Virus record (IMG/VR): IMGVR_UViG_3300019872_000008
Span: 1-38,504 of that record
Source of the DNA: a virus
Taxonomy: Duplodnaviria; Caudoviricetes
Length of the DNA: 38,504 nt
Strand: one strand, 5' to 3'
Shown piece by piece: positions 9,802 through 18,298 of the stretch (position 1 is the stretch's first letter; the number at the start of each line of letters is the position of its first letter). A program made the translations under genes and the position numbers. The notes under the pieces are model-generated. The model searched no databases. It worked only from the letters and a program-made list of their open reading frames with translations, and was not told the DNA's origin.

Positions 9802-10265
9802 TGAATCCTATACTAACAAAGATATTCGGTGGCAAGGCCTCTGATATTGTAAAGACTGTTTTAGACGGCGCAGATAAGTTGTTTACCTCCAAGGAAGAGA
9901 AGGCTCAATTTGAGCTTGATAAAACAAAGGAATTGAATCGTAATCTGGAGGCCATGATGGTTGATGCTACTAAGCAACTTGAAATAGAAGTTCAAGATAG
10001 GAACGGGGCTAGAGCAAGAGAGTCGGAATTTGTAAAAGCAACCGGACACATAGACTGGCTCATGTGGTTTCTGGCGATTGCTGCAATAGTAATTTTTGGT
10101 TACTTGGTATGGACGTTAATGACTAGAGAAGTACCAGCTAAAAATGAATTGCTTATTGTTCATACACTAGGCATAGTTGAAGGCATTATTATTTCTATCT
10201 TCAGTTACTACTTTGGTTCCAGTGCAGGCTCACGAATCAAAGATATGCGTGGCAAGTCCAGCTAG
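9795..10265 (+). CDS. Holin-like membrane protein (3TM holin type)
   Basis: DKLFTSKEEKAQ, DRNGARARE, two TM helices, YYFGSSAGS. Confidence 0.75.
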   Translation: MVMNPILTKIFGGKASDIVKTVLDGADKLFTSKEEKAQFELDKTKELNRNLEAMMVDATKQLEIEVQDRNGARARESEFVKATGHIDWLMWFLAIAAIVIFGYLVWTLMTREVPAKNELLIVHTLGIVEGIIISIFSYYFGSSAGSRIKDMRGKSS

Positions 10266-10292
10266 TACCCAGCACCAGAATAAAATCAATAG

Positions 10293-10340
10293 ACCTATTC
10301 CTATACTTAAGACAAAGTACGGGAATAGGTTTTTTGTTTT
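10293..10340 (+). terminator. Rho-independent terminator at the convergence of the two arms
   Basis: ACCTATTCC...GGAATAGGT stem followed by TTTTTGTTTT. Confidence 0.8.
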
Positions 10341-10366
10341 CCACCAAAGGAGTCTTGTTCTTGCTG

Positions 10367-12502
10367 TCATAAGGCTTTGACTGGATAACCTACTATGCGT
10401 TGCCCCTGTTGACTTAAGCCCATAGTTCTACTTGAGCCGAACTTCTTAATGAGAATACTACGAACAAGGTTTTGATTGGTGATGGCCTTTAAGTCTCCTG
10501 TGGGGTCGATCTCCATAATCACATCTACTAGCCTCATTACCTGTCTGTTCTTATCATTCATGGTGCTGACTAATGTCGCATTAATTACATCTTCCAACAC
10601 TGAGTTAATAGTTACCCCTTGATTAACCTCCTGACGCTTATCGCTCATGAAGTTATGAGTCTTACTTAAGTAGTTGTCTGAATGTAATTGCATGACTTCT
10701 CCCCAGAATAATTGTTTATCTATACGCATGTAGTTATTCCACTTAATCAACTTATCTGTAAGTAGTTCTACCACCAGGAAACGTGTGTTACCTTCTGTAC
10801 TTGGCAAGAGTTCGTCTTCATTAGTAGACCCCGCGAAGGAACACAGACGGCGCAAAGTTTCGCTGCTCCTAGCGTAAGGTGATCTCTCGTTGATTGTATC
10901 CGTGCTAATCAAGGCCTTGATTTTGTTTATGTCAAAGCCTCTAAAGACCTTTAGCTCATCGTCATTCCAAAGGAAGTTATGTGCTAATGCTATACGTGTA
11001 TCCTTGTTATCTGTAAGTATAGGACCAGTTTTCAAGTAACCGTCTAATGGACAAAGCCAGCCTAGTGCCCTGCTCTTACCGATGTTCTCTGTAACACCTT
11101 TGAATATAAGGAAGAGCCTATTGGTGATGCCTAGGTAAGCCTGCAGGTACGCATGAATAAGCCAAGTCTTTATGAATACCTCACCAGCCTCTTTATCCTT
11201 GAGAGGTAAACACTTTATATATTCGTCTATGTACTTCCCGCCTTTATATTTTTGCGCTGCCTCGTCAAAGAAGTTCTTGAATGGATTGATTGTGTTCATC
11301 CGGTTACTTCTGAGGATGTTCTGAATCATACTAATGCTAACCTTGGGCTCATTGAATACAAACTGAAACTCAGTCCATATAGTTTCTATGTTTACCTCGT
11401 GCCCTGTTTGGAAGTTAATTAGTTTATCTGTGATTTCGTTACGTACCCAAGAGGCGTTTAAATATTCTATGATTTCCTCAATCGTCAGTTTTTCTGCTCT
11501 ACCGTTCTTTACATTTCTGACTCCTTCCGTTTTTGGTGTTGCATACGTTACCCCCATTTCCTTGAGTAGATAGAATAACGTTGCATCTGTTATACCACCA
11601 GCTTTTGACGTCTTACTCTCTTTCAATAGTCTGTCGTACTTCCTGTTGGTTTCCCTCTCATCGTACTTACTCTTGTTTACTCTGCTGAACGTATGGAATA
11701 ACTCCCTACCGTTTTCCCCTTTGGTTACCACCAGAGCGAGTCCGAACTTGTGCCAGTTAGGCTCTGAGTTCAGAAACTTGTCGATTGCGTTTTCTTGATT
11801 CTTTGTAAACGTAGTACTAACAACCAAAGAAGAAACCAAGATAGGTTCAGCATAAGGATTATAATAGCAGTCAGGATCATAGCTTAAGTATCTAATTCTT
11901 GTAAGGTCTTTTGTTGCATCTGAATTGTCTGGAGTCAACCCGAATGTTTCTTGAATTAAAGTATCACCTTGTTCCCACATACTGGTGAAGGACTCAATCG
12001 TTAGGCCAGGGCAATACACAAATAAGGCAAAGTCTCCATGGCCACCACCAATAGAATTATGCAGCGCAACCGTATGAGGCCATTCCTTGAGCAATACCGA
12101 TACGTCAGAGTCTACACCTTGTAAGTCATAAACCATCAAGCCTGAAACAGAAGTTACGTTATCGTATTTACAACCCTGTTTGTCGAAGGTACAAGAAGGA
12201 TAGACGTGCATAGCCTTCCACTTCAAAGCCTTGTACAACTGATCCTTTGTATTATACGTCTCTTTGATTTTACTTGATAATGTAAGTTTCTTAGCCTCTG
12301 ATATTGTTTTACTTGCCTTTACTCTACGTATGAGTTCAACCTGCTTGATATAACGAGGCTCAGGGTTTACAACAGAATCAATGTAGTCCTTGAAGGTTAT
12401 ATCAGTAGTTCCCTTTTTTACTTTGTCAACGTAGGTTCCATCAAAGAAGCAGATATTAAGCTTGTCTATTATTGTGTCTTTCTCTTTATTCTTTAACTTC
12501 AT
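10367..12502 (-). CDS. Primase-helicase (BT4734/VirE N-terminal domain + PriCT + VapE/VirE P-loop helicase)
   Basis: PSCTF..SGLMVYD, RYLSYDP..YYNP; WHKFGLAL..GENGRELFHTFS (PriCT-2); GxxxxxGKS Walker A, DDE Walker B, RSPYAR, GSTN, GNTRF. Confidence 0.88.
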   Translation of the reverse strand: MKLKNKEKDTIIDKLNICFFDGTYVDKVKKGTTDITFKDYIDSVVNPEPRYIKQVELIRRVKASKTISEAKKLTLSSKIKETYNTKDQLYKALKWKAMHVYPSCTFDKQGCKYDNVTSVSGLMVYDLQGVDSDVSVLLKEWPHTVALHNSIGGGHGDFALFVYCPGLTIESFTSMWEQGDTLIQETFGLTPDNSDATKDLTRIRYLSYDPDCYYNPYAEPILVSSLVVSTTFTKNQENAIDKFLNSEPNWHKFGLALVVTKGENGRELFHTFSRVNKSKYDERETNRKYDRLLKESKTSKAGGITDATLFYLLKEMGVTYATPKTEGVRNVKNGRAEKLTIEEIIEYLNASWVRNEITDKLINFQTGHEVNIETIWTEFQFVFNEPKVSISMIQNILRSNRMNTINPFKNFFDEAAQKYKGGKYIDEYIKCLPLKDKEAGEVFIKTWLIHAYLQAYLGITNRLFLIFKGVTENIGKSRALGWLCPLDGYLKTGPILTDNKDTRIALAHNFLWNDDELKVFRGFDINKIKALISTDTINERSPYARSSETLRRLCSFAGSTNEDELLPSTEGNTRFLVVELLTDKLIKWNNYMRIDKQLFWGEVMQLHSDNYLSKTHNFMSDKRQEVNQGVTINSVLEDVINATLVSTMNDKNRQVMRLVDVIMEIDPTGDLKAITNQNLVRSILIKKFGSSRTMGLSQQGQRIVGYPVKAL

Positions 12503-12749
12503 GTTTCTTGTTTTTTCTGCGTTTACCTTCTGCCTTTATATACTGTGAGTCTGGATGGAAGTCCAACTCTATCATCAAGGTTTTAATTTGAACATTCAAG
12601 TTCTTCAGACGAATGTTCCAGATTCTTAATTGAGGCCGGCTTACTTGTATGCCTATGCCCCTCTTAAGTTTTCCTTTGTCGAAAATAATCTGATTCCTTT
12701 CGACTCGCAGCTTGTCTATATCTACTTGAATGTTCAGTAGTGGTCTCAT
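12486..12749 (-). CDS. Basic hypothetical protein
   Basis: Coupled ORF in the leftward operon. Confidence 0.6.
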   Translation of the reverse strand: MRPLLNIQVDIDKLRVERNQIIFDKGKLKRGIGIQVSRPQLRIWNIRLKNLNVQIKTLMIELDFHPDSQYIKAEGKRRKNKKHEVKE

Positions 12750-13192
12750 TACTTCTTGATTTCCATTTTTGGTGCTGCTTCTGGTTTAGGTTCAACACCA
12801 GAGTCATTAACTATTTCTTTAGCTTGACACAAGCCGTCTATTCTAAAAGTGCACTCCTTTAGTTCCTTCTTGAAGGGCAATTTTTTCCAGTACCAGAACT
12901 CATTGTTCATGTCCTTCTGGATGTCCTTACGCATTAGCTCAAGCCTTCTGATCTCCTGATCAAGGTCGGCTATACAGCGCTGCTTTACGAATACTAGAAG
13001 ATTGAACATTTCCGAAGCGCAAATATCTGCACGATCTCTAAATATTCTATTATCAATGTTCTTATTGTTAACTCCTTTTGGAAACAAGGTCTTATCAATC
13101 AATCTTGTGATAACTTGAGGCCAGGTTACTTTACCTTCTGCGGTGGTTCTACTAATTACTTGTTGTCCTTTGTCATTCGTTGAGATGTTCAT
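12749..13192 (-). CDS. Hypothetical protein
   Basis: Coupled ORF in the leftward operon. Confidence 0.65.
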   Translation of the reverse strand: MNISTNDKGQQVISRTTAEGKVTWPQVITRLIDKTLFPKGVNNKNIDNRIFRDRADICASEMFNLLVFVKQRCIADLDQEIRRLELMRKDIQKDMNNEFWYWKKLPFKKELKECTFRIDGLCQAKEIVNDSGVEPKPEAAPKMEIKK

Positions 13193-13610
13193 AAAATTTT
13201 TGTTTTAGTTTAAGTTTCTTAAGTACACTGTTTAATGTTTCCATTCTGTCCTTGTGCCATACGAAGATTAGCCCATAACGTTCTTTGTAGGTATTGAGTA
13301 TGCGTTCAAGCCCTTGGCTGGGATACTTGAGCTTGTCTCCACGCGGGAACTGCTTGTTAATGAACTTCTCCCTAGTGGTTTCAACGTAAATCATAAGTTC
13401 AATGTTATGATCTTTAGCCCTGAGAATCTCCTTCTTGAATCGCATGTGACCAGACGTGATCGTTCCATAAAGATCAATCGCTGATTTTCTGTCTATATGA
13501 AATTTGTTCAAGAGCTTAATAGTCGTGTAGTCGCCTACCACCAGTGGAGTCTTCAAACATTGACTACCCGACCAGTACGGTAACTGTTCCCTACTATCAA
13601 CGAGAATCAT
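13173..13610 (-). CDS. ERCC4-type nuclease (putative junction resolvase)
   Basis: ILVDSREQ, GDY, (D)RKS..DL motifs; start at 13610 or 13676 rather than 13709. Confidence 0.85.
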   Translation of the reverse strand: MILVDSREQLPYWSGSQCLKTPLVVGDYTTIKLLNKFHIDRKSAIDLYGTITSGHMRFKKEILRAKDHNIELMIYVETTREKFINKQFPRGDKLKYPSQGLERILNTYKERYGLIFVWHKDRMETLNSVLKKLKLKQKFYEHLNE

Positions 13611-13680
13611 TAGCTTTGATTCCTTTAAGCCTATGTTGTTTTCCCGCACAGGCTTGAGTCCATTACTTACTTTCATTGAA

Positions 13681-13830
13681 CTACTTATTGTCGTTGAGCT
13701 TCTTCTCAAGAACTTCCTTTGGTGTTGAGTCCTCTATAATGGCTGTCTGCCTAGCAGCAATCCAAACCGACTTATTTATGTCTAGAGATACTCTGTGTGT
13801 TTCTTTCTTCTTCTTTGGTTTATCTTTCAT
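13681..13830 (-). CDS. 49-aa ribbon-helix-helix-like protein (not in the ORF track)
   Basis: MKDKPKKKKETHRVSLDINKSVWIAARQTAIIEDSTPKEVLEKKLNDNK; ATG overlaps the upstream TGA. Confidence 0.6.
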   Translation of the reverse strand: MKDKPKKKKETHRVSLDINKSVWIAARQTAIIEDSTPKEVLEKKLNDNK

Positions 13831-14387
13831 ATGTTTCTTGTTTTTCTAAATGTTACTAACGTATCCACCTTACTTTCGTAAGTTACTAAATTACTTTGAC
13901 TGTGTTCACCAGTAATTAGTTCGTCCACTAACTTGGTAGGTCCAGGCCATCCTGCGAACCCTTCCTTTGGTGCTGCATCGTGGAAACTTATACTACCACC
14001 TAGCACTACCTTATCTATCCAGATTTCATAATCTAACTTTACAGAGTCATAACGATGATCACCATCAATGAATAGCATACCTATCTTTGGTGGTACAGCG
14101 TAGTCTCTGTCTACTAAGTGGGAGTAACTCTTTATGAAGGTGAAGTTCTTATATAGCCTCTCAAGCTTACAAAGCTTATGTATATCCCCTTGTAGTTCAG
14201 GCTTCATGGAGTCTGGAATCAATGGGTCTATACCTATGTACTTCACTGTCTCCGGTATAATACCTAATAATGCTATACTTGTGTCACCATTGAGGACTCC
14301 TATCTCTACTATGTAGGTATCCTTAAGTACTTGTTTTGCAAGAATCTTTAAACGATGCAACTCAGATTCTGTTACGTAGTTCTTCAT
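13827..14387 (-). CDS. Class I SAM methyltransferase, Methyltransf_24 / TylF-like
   Basis: IVEIGVLNGDTS (motif I), GIDP, LFIDGDHRYDSVKLD, GGSISFHD, WPGP. Confidence 0.88.
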   Translation of the reverse strand: MKNYVTESELHRLKILAKQVLKDTYIVEIGVLNGDTSIALLGIIPETVKYIGIDPLIPDSMKPELQGDIHKLCKLERLYKNFTFIKSYSHLVDRDYAVPPKIGMLFIDGDHRYDSVKLDYEIWIDKVVLGGSISFHDAAPKEGFAGWPGPTKLVDELITGEHSQSNLVTYESKVDTLVTFRKTRNI

Positions 14388-14446
14388 AAGTCGAAGTGTT
14401 TAAGAAGTTCTTCTTTGATATAAACCCTGAACTATAATCTTTGTTT

Positions 14447-14809
14447 TCATTTCTGTTTGTTTTGGTTCTTAATTGTATTAACTATAAAGCGTATGACAGT
14501 AGCCCCGGTATGAGTTGCCTCATGTAACATCTCCACGTTACGATCAAGTCCTTCATGCTCATGCTGAAGTGCTCTTTGTAAGAGTTCACCAGCCTCCTCA
14601 CCAACAATACCTGCTGCGTAACAATGATCATACGCCTTGGATTTTTTATTAACGGCCCAAGGTTCTGGATGTTTACGCTTGGCTTTCTCCAGTGCCAGAA
14701 GTATCATGGCTATTGCTCGCTTCTCCTCCAGTGTTAAAGAAGCAAATAACACGTTGTAATAGGCATCTATTGTTATGCCTTCTGGTGGTTCAATTGTTTT
14801 ATTCTCCAT
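14447..14809 (-). CDS. MazG-like nucleotide pyrophosphatase
   Basis: IVGEEAGEL...HEATHTGA all-alpha NTP-PPase pattern. Confidence 0.7.
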   Translation of the reverse strand: MENKTIEPPEGITIDAYYNVLFASLTLEEKRAIAMILLALEKAKRKHPEPWAVNKKSKAYDHCYAAGIVGEEAGELLQRALQHEHEGLDRNVEMLHEATHTGATVIRFIVNTIKNQNKQK

Positions 14810-15500
14810 GTTGATTTTGTTTAAGAAAGTTTAAGACCTGAGATATTTCATTTGTGTAGATATGAGCTGACTTCATATTGTGGTAGTACTTACCTACTTC
14901 CAGTCTCATTTTTTTAGCTATCATAATTTGCAGACTAGTGAAGTTATAGACATCATAAGGAAGAATCGTATAAACATTCTGAGAACGCATATTTACAATC
15001 ATGTGTAATTTGCCCCCTCTAATCAGAAGTTGAATTGTTTCACAGCAAGGGAACTCAAGCGAAGTCTGTACGTGACTTATAAAGGAATCCTCAGGCCTCA
15101 ATATGGTGATGACCCCACGTCTTGTATCATTATCCTTCGCTAATAACTCCATCACTCTTGGTAACTGCTGCGAAATTCTTTCACCGTAGTTAACACCTTG
15201 ATTTGGAAAGTTAGTATCATAAACAAATCTGTCTACATTACTCTTAAGTTTAAGTATCTGCTCTATGTTCTGACCACCATGAAGGGTATATTCCCGCAGC
15301 GCATTTGCATAGTTGTAGTCTACTCTGGGATTATCCTCCAACATATTAGAGTAAGGATCATCTAGTTGGAAGCCCCAGTTCAAGGCTTCAATCGTTGCGT
15401 TATCCCTAGGGGCAACAGCAAATAGATCGCCCTGTTCGTCATCGGTCAGACAGAATAGGAGTATATAATAAAGTTCTCGAAAGGTTTTGAATTGAAACAT
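14799..15500 (-). CDS. Thymidylate synthase homologue, predicted dCMP-modifying (hydroxymethylase/hydroxylase type)
   Basis: YGER, DNDTRR, FPC (Cys152), MRSQN, LPYD (Asp at the dUMP/dCMP discriminator), SAHIY. Confidence 0.88.
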   Translation of the reverse strand: MFQFKTFRELYYILLFCLTDDEQGDLFAVAPRDNATIEALNWGFQLDDPYSNMLEDNPRVDYNYANALREYTLHGGQNIEQILKLKSNVDRFVYDTNFPNQGVNYGERISQQLPRVMELLAKDNDTRRGVITILRPEDSFISHVQTSLEFPCCETIQLLIRGGKLHMIVNMRSQNVYTILPYDVYNFTSLQIMIAKKMRLEVGKYYHNMKSAHIYTNEISQVLNFLKQNQHGE

Positions 15501-15504
15501 GAGT

Positions 15505-16008
15505 TTAAAGGTTTAAATATTTAACAATGGATTTAAGTTGATCTTGATAATCTGCTAGTCCGTAAACACTATGGTGATTCATACCTTCTAGTAGATTCAT
15601 GTAGGCTTGTTCAAGTTGACCTACGTATTTTCTGTCTATCAACTCGTCCGCGTGTAATTCATCTAAACTTCTGTAAACGTAAATGATTTTGAAGTTTTGT
15701 TTATCTGCTAATACACGCATTTGATTAAACTTATCTTGATTAAAACTTCTACCTAACGTCTTGCCGTAAACATATTCGTCATAGAAGAAACGATCAAAGA
15801 CAAAGTTCCTATCTACTAAAGGAATAAGCTGCATTAAGATAGTTGTAGCGTGCCAGGTATAATCAGGATTACCAAAGTACTGACGCTTATACTCGTGATC
15901 TTTGAAGTAAACAGCGTTTAAATCCTGTGCTAACTTAAGTCCTAGTGTTGTCTTACCTACACCGTCCAGTCCTAGAAGAACTAATCTAATTGGTTTCTTT
16001 ATTTCCAT
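15505..16008 (-). CDS. dNMP (thymidylate-kinase-like) kinase
   Basis: GLDGVGKTT P-loop, FDRF..EYVYG. Confidence 0.85.
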   Translation of the reverse strand: MEIKKPIRLVLLGLDGVGKTTLGLKLAQDLNAVYFKDHEYKRQYFGNPDYTWHATTILMQLIPLVDRNFVFDRFFYDEYVYGKTLGRSFNQDKFNQMRVLADKQNFKIIYVYRSLDELHADELIDRKYVGQLEQAYMNLLEGMNHHSVYGLADYQDQLKSIVKYLNL

Positions 16009-18062
16009 GCTTTCCCTTGTTTAACGTCTACTCTAATTAAGTCTATTCCTTGAGTTATTTCTGTGGCTGCTTCTTCCATAAGCCTGACCGCTACCTTCTC
16101 CCACTCTTTGGCTATCTTGTCTAAGGCTTCTGACATTACTGCGTCGTGCACTGGTAGAAGTATATGAGCCGGATACAGAATTTCCTCTGTGTAAACATAA
16201 TATTTGTTTTTAGGATTATGTTTAAGCTTGGAGTCTATAAACTTCTGCATCTTTACCATCGCACTCTTTAGCATGTCTGCACCTGAGCCTTGAATAGGAC
16301 TGTTAACCCCTTGGTTCTTTACTCGCCAGTCAGTGTTGTCGGCAATCATTTTACGTCTCCAGGAATCTTTACTGTCTCCCTTTGTTGCGAAGTAGTCTCC
16401 CTTAAAGGCCTTGTTTACTTCCTCTGTTTCCTCTTTATCTGAGAACCTACTCTTAGGGGCAACAAAGAACTCCAACTTGCGATAACGTCTGAAAGGTGGT
16501 AACGTCCACACTGCTTTATCCTTTAGCGCCTGATTCTTACAAGTTTCCATCCACCTCATAGTTTTCGGTAGCGTCCTTTCGATAGCTCTAACACGAGGTT
16601 TAGCCTCGTCATATGTAATGGCTAAGTCTTCCGCAATACTGGTGATGCCTTTGCCGTAAGGTTTACCAAAGATTATCTTCTTCGTATATGTACGTAGCTG
16701 TTTATGCTCTTTACAGTTGCAAGCCTTCTTACTCTTTTTGAATTCACAGCCTGGTTCTTCTGCTTCTGCCCACTCTCTAGGCTGAGCCATTTGGCTTAAC
16801 ATGGAGTGAGTATCATAGCCTAAACGAATGTACTCAAGCCATTTCTCCTCTCTAGCTAGTAACATCATGAGTGCAAATTCTTGCCCCTTGTAGTCCATGT
16901 TAAATATCGTATAACCCTTGGTAGCGACAAAGGCGTTACGTGGATGTCCGCCTCCCATCTCGTAAGCCGCATAACCAGGCAGCTGCTGCAAGTTCGGATC
17001 GTTACATGAGCTCCTCCCAGTGCTAATAATCTGAGTGAAGTCTGGGTGTACGCGAAAGTCAACTTGATCCACTGTAGGCTCTCGCTTAGGGTCGTTCTCG
17101 TGTAACCACTTCTCACCAAAGGTATTCGCTAACTGATAAAATTCCCTCATGTCGAAGAAGGCATCTAACAGCTTGTCGTTGTACTCTACCTTATTCATGG
17201 AGTACTGACGCTTGAAGTCGGTGTAGCTTTCGATTACGATTCCTCGCAGGGCAAATAATTCCTTTACTTGCTTTGGTGAGTTGACATTGATCTCCTCTGG
17301 CATACGTTCTTTATCACCTTTAACTTCTCTATTGAAAGTTCTGGCCTCCCTCTTAAGCATCTGATCAAAGAGTCTCTTGTGCTCGTTGAACTCGTCGTTG
17401 TAACCGTCTGCTATCTGTAACCAGAGTTCTCTGTTAAAACCAATGCCTCTAACTCGCATTTGAATGAACACTTCCAGCACAGAATTCTCTAACTCTTGAA
17501 CGTTCTCTAACTTCTGCTTCTTAATCTTTTGCTCTTGTAAGTCACAGAGTTTACCTAGTTGTTCGACATCACCAAAACCGTAGTTCAACATTTCCTTGGT
17601 GAATCCTTGATGCCAGTCTCTAAATACTCTACTGTCAAAGTCTTTCTTAGCAGACAACTTATACCGCTGTAGACAATACTTTAATCCTATGCTGTACTTA
17701 CGCTTGATGTTTTCGTCCTTGATACCGAAGGGCACTTCTGTTCCTAGTATAATCTTCTCCTGTAACATTGTATCCTTGATTCGTCTTATCCTAACTCCGT
17801 GCTGAGTTTGAATAAGCGTACCATCAAACAATCCGTTATGAATAATCTTTAGGTAATCAAGGGACTGTAAGTAGTAGTTAATCCACTTAGGCCAGCCATT
17901 ATCTCTGGTGTCCCATAAGAAACTATGTTTAGGCGTGGCAATTATTAGCATCACAATTTCGTCCCTCCTAGAGGTACCACGTGTTTCAGTATCTAAGTAG
18001 AGAACCCCCGACTGTTTTATCAGGGGCTCTGCTACTGATTGCTTTGGGTCTATGTACCGCAT
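15999..18062 (-). CDS. polA: Family A DNA polymerase with 3'-5' exonuclease
   Basis: ExoI LDTET, ExoII HNGLFD, ExoIII YGFGDV; TGRSSCNDPNLQQLP; motif A DYKGQE, motif B KKIIFGKPYG, NSPIQGSGADMLK, motif C VHDA. Confidence 0.95.
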   Translation of the reverse strand: MRYIDPKQSVAEPLIKQSGVLYLDTETRGTSRRDEIVMLIIATPKHSFLWDTRDNGWPKWINYYLQSLDYLKIIHNGLFDGTLIQTQHGVRIRRIKDTMLQEKIILGTEVPFGIKDENIKRKYSIGLKYCLQRYKLSAKKDFDSRVFRDWHQGFTKEMLNYGFGDVEQLGKLCDLQEQKIKKQKLENVQELENSVLEVFIQMRVRGIGFNRELWLQIADGYNDEFNEHKRLFDQMLKREARTFNREVKGDKERMPEEINVNSPKQVKELFALRGIVIESYTDFKRQYSMNKVEYNDKLLDAFFDMREFYQLANTFGEKWLHENDPKREPTVDQVDFRVHPDFTQIISTGRSSCNDPNLQQLPGYAAYEMGGGHPRNAFVATKGYTIFNMDYKGQEFALMMLLAREEKWLEYIRLGYDTHSMLSQMAQPREWAEAEEPGCEFKKSKKACNCKEHKQLRTYTKKIIFGKPYGKGITSIAEDLAITYDEAKPRVRAIERTLPKTMRWMETCKNQALKDKAVWTLPPFRRYRKLEFFVAPKSRFSDKEETEEVNKAFKGDYFATKGDSKDSWRRKMIADNTDWRVKNQGVNSPIQGSGADMLKSAMVKMQKFIDSKLKHNPKNKYYVYTEEILYPAHILLPVHDAVMSEALDKIAKEWEKVAVRLMEEAATEITQGIDLIRVDVKQGKAWK

Positions 18063-18295
18063 TATGCTCTGCGCTTTTCGTGCCGCTTAACTTCTTGGTG
18101 ATTACTTTGTAGATAGGACTTCTTCGGTAACCATACTGGTTTAGCAGCCCAAATTCCGGGCCAACGCTTGATCAAAGTATTGCTGTCTTGAAAGACCTTT
18201 TGTGCTTCTTCCTGGGAAGCTACCTCAGTGATTAACGTGGCTGGAGATTGGGCACCTGTAATCATATGGACGGCCGCAATTAAGTAAGTTTTCAT
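18062..18295 (-). CDS. Hypothetical protein
   Basis: Stop overlaps the polA ATG. Confidence 0.6.
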   Translation of the reverse strand: MKTYLIAAVHMITGAQSPATLITEVASQEEAQKVFQDSNTLIKRWPGIWAAKPVWLPKKSYLQSNHQEVKRHEKRRA

Positions 18296-18298
18296 AGG

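Noticed and set aside
14799-15500. Ordinary thyA auxiliary metabolic gene
   Set aside because: Asp at the Asn177 position, a short C-terminus and the kinase/MazG context argue against dTMP synthesis
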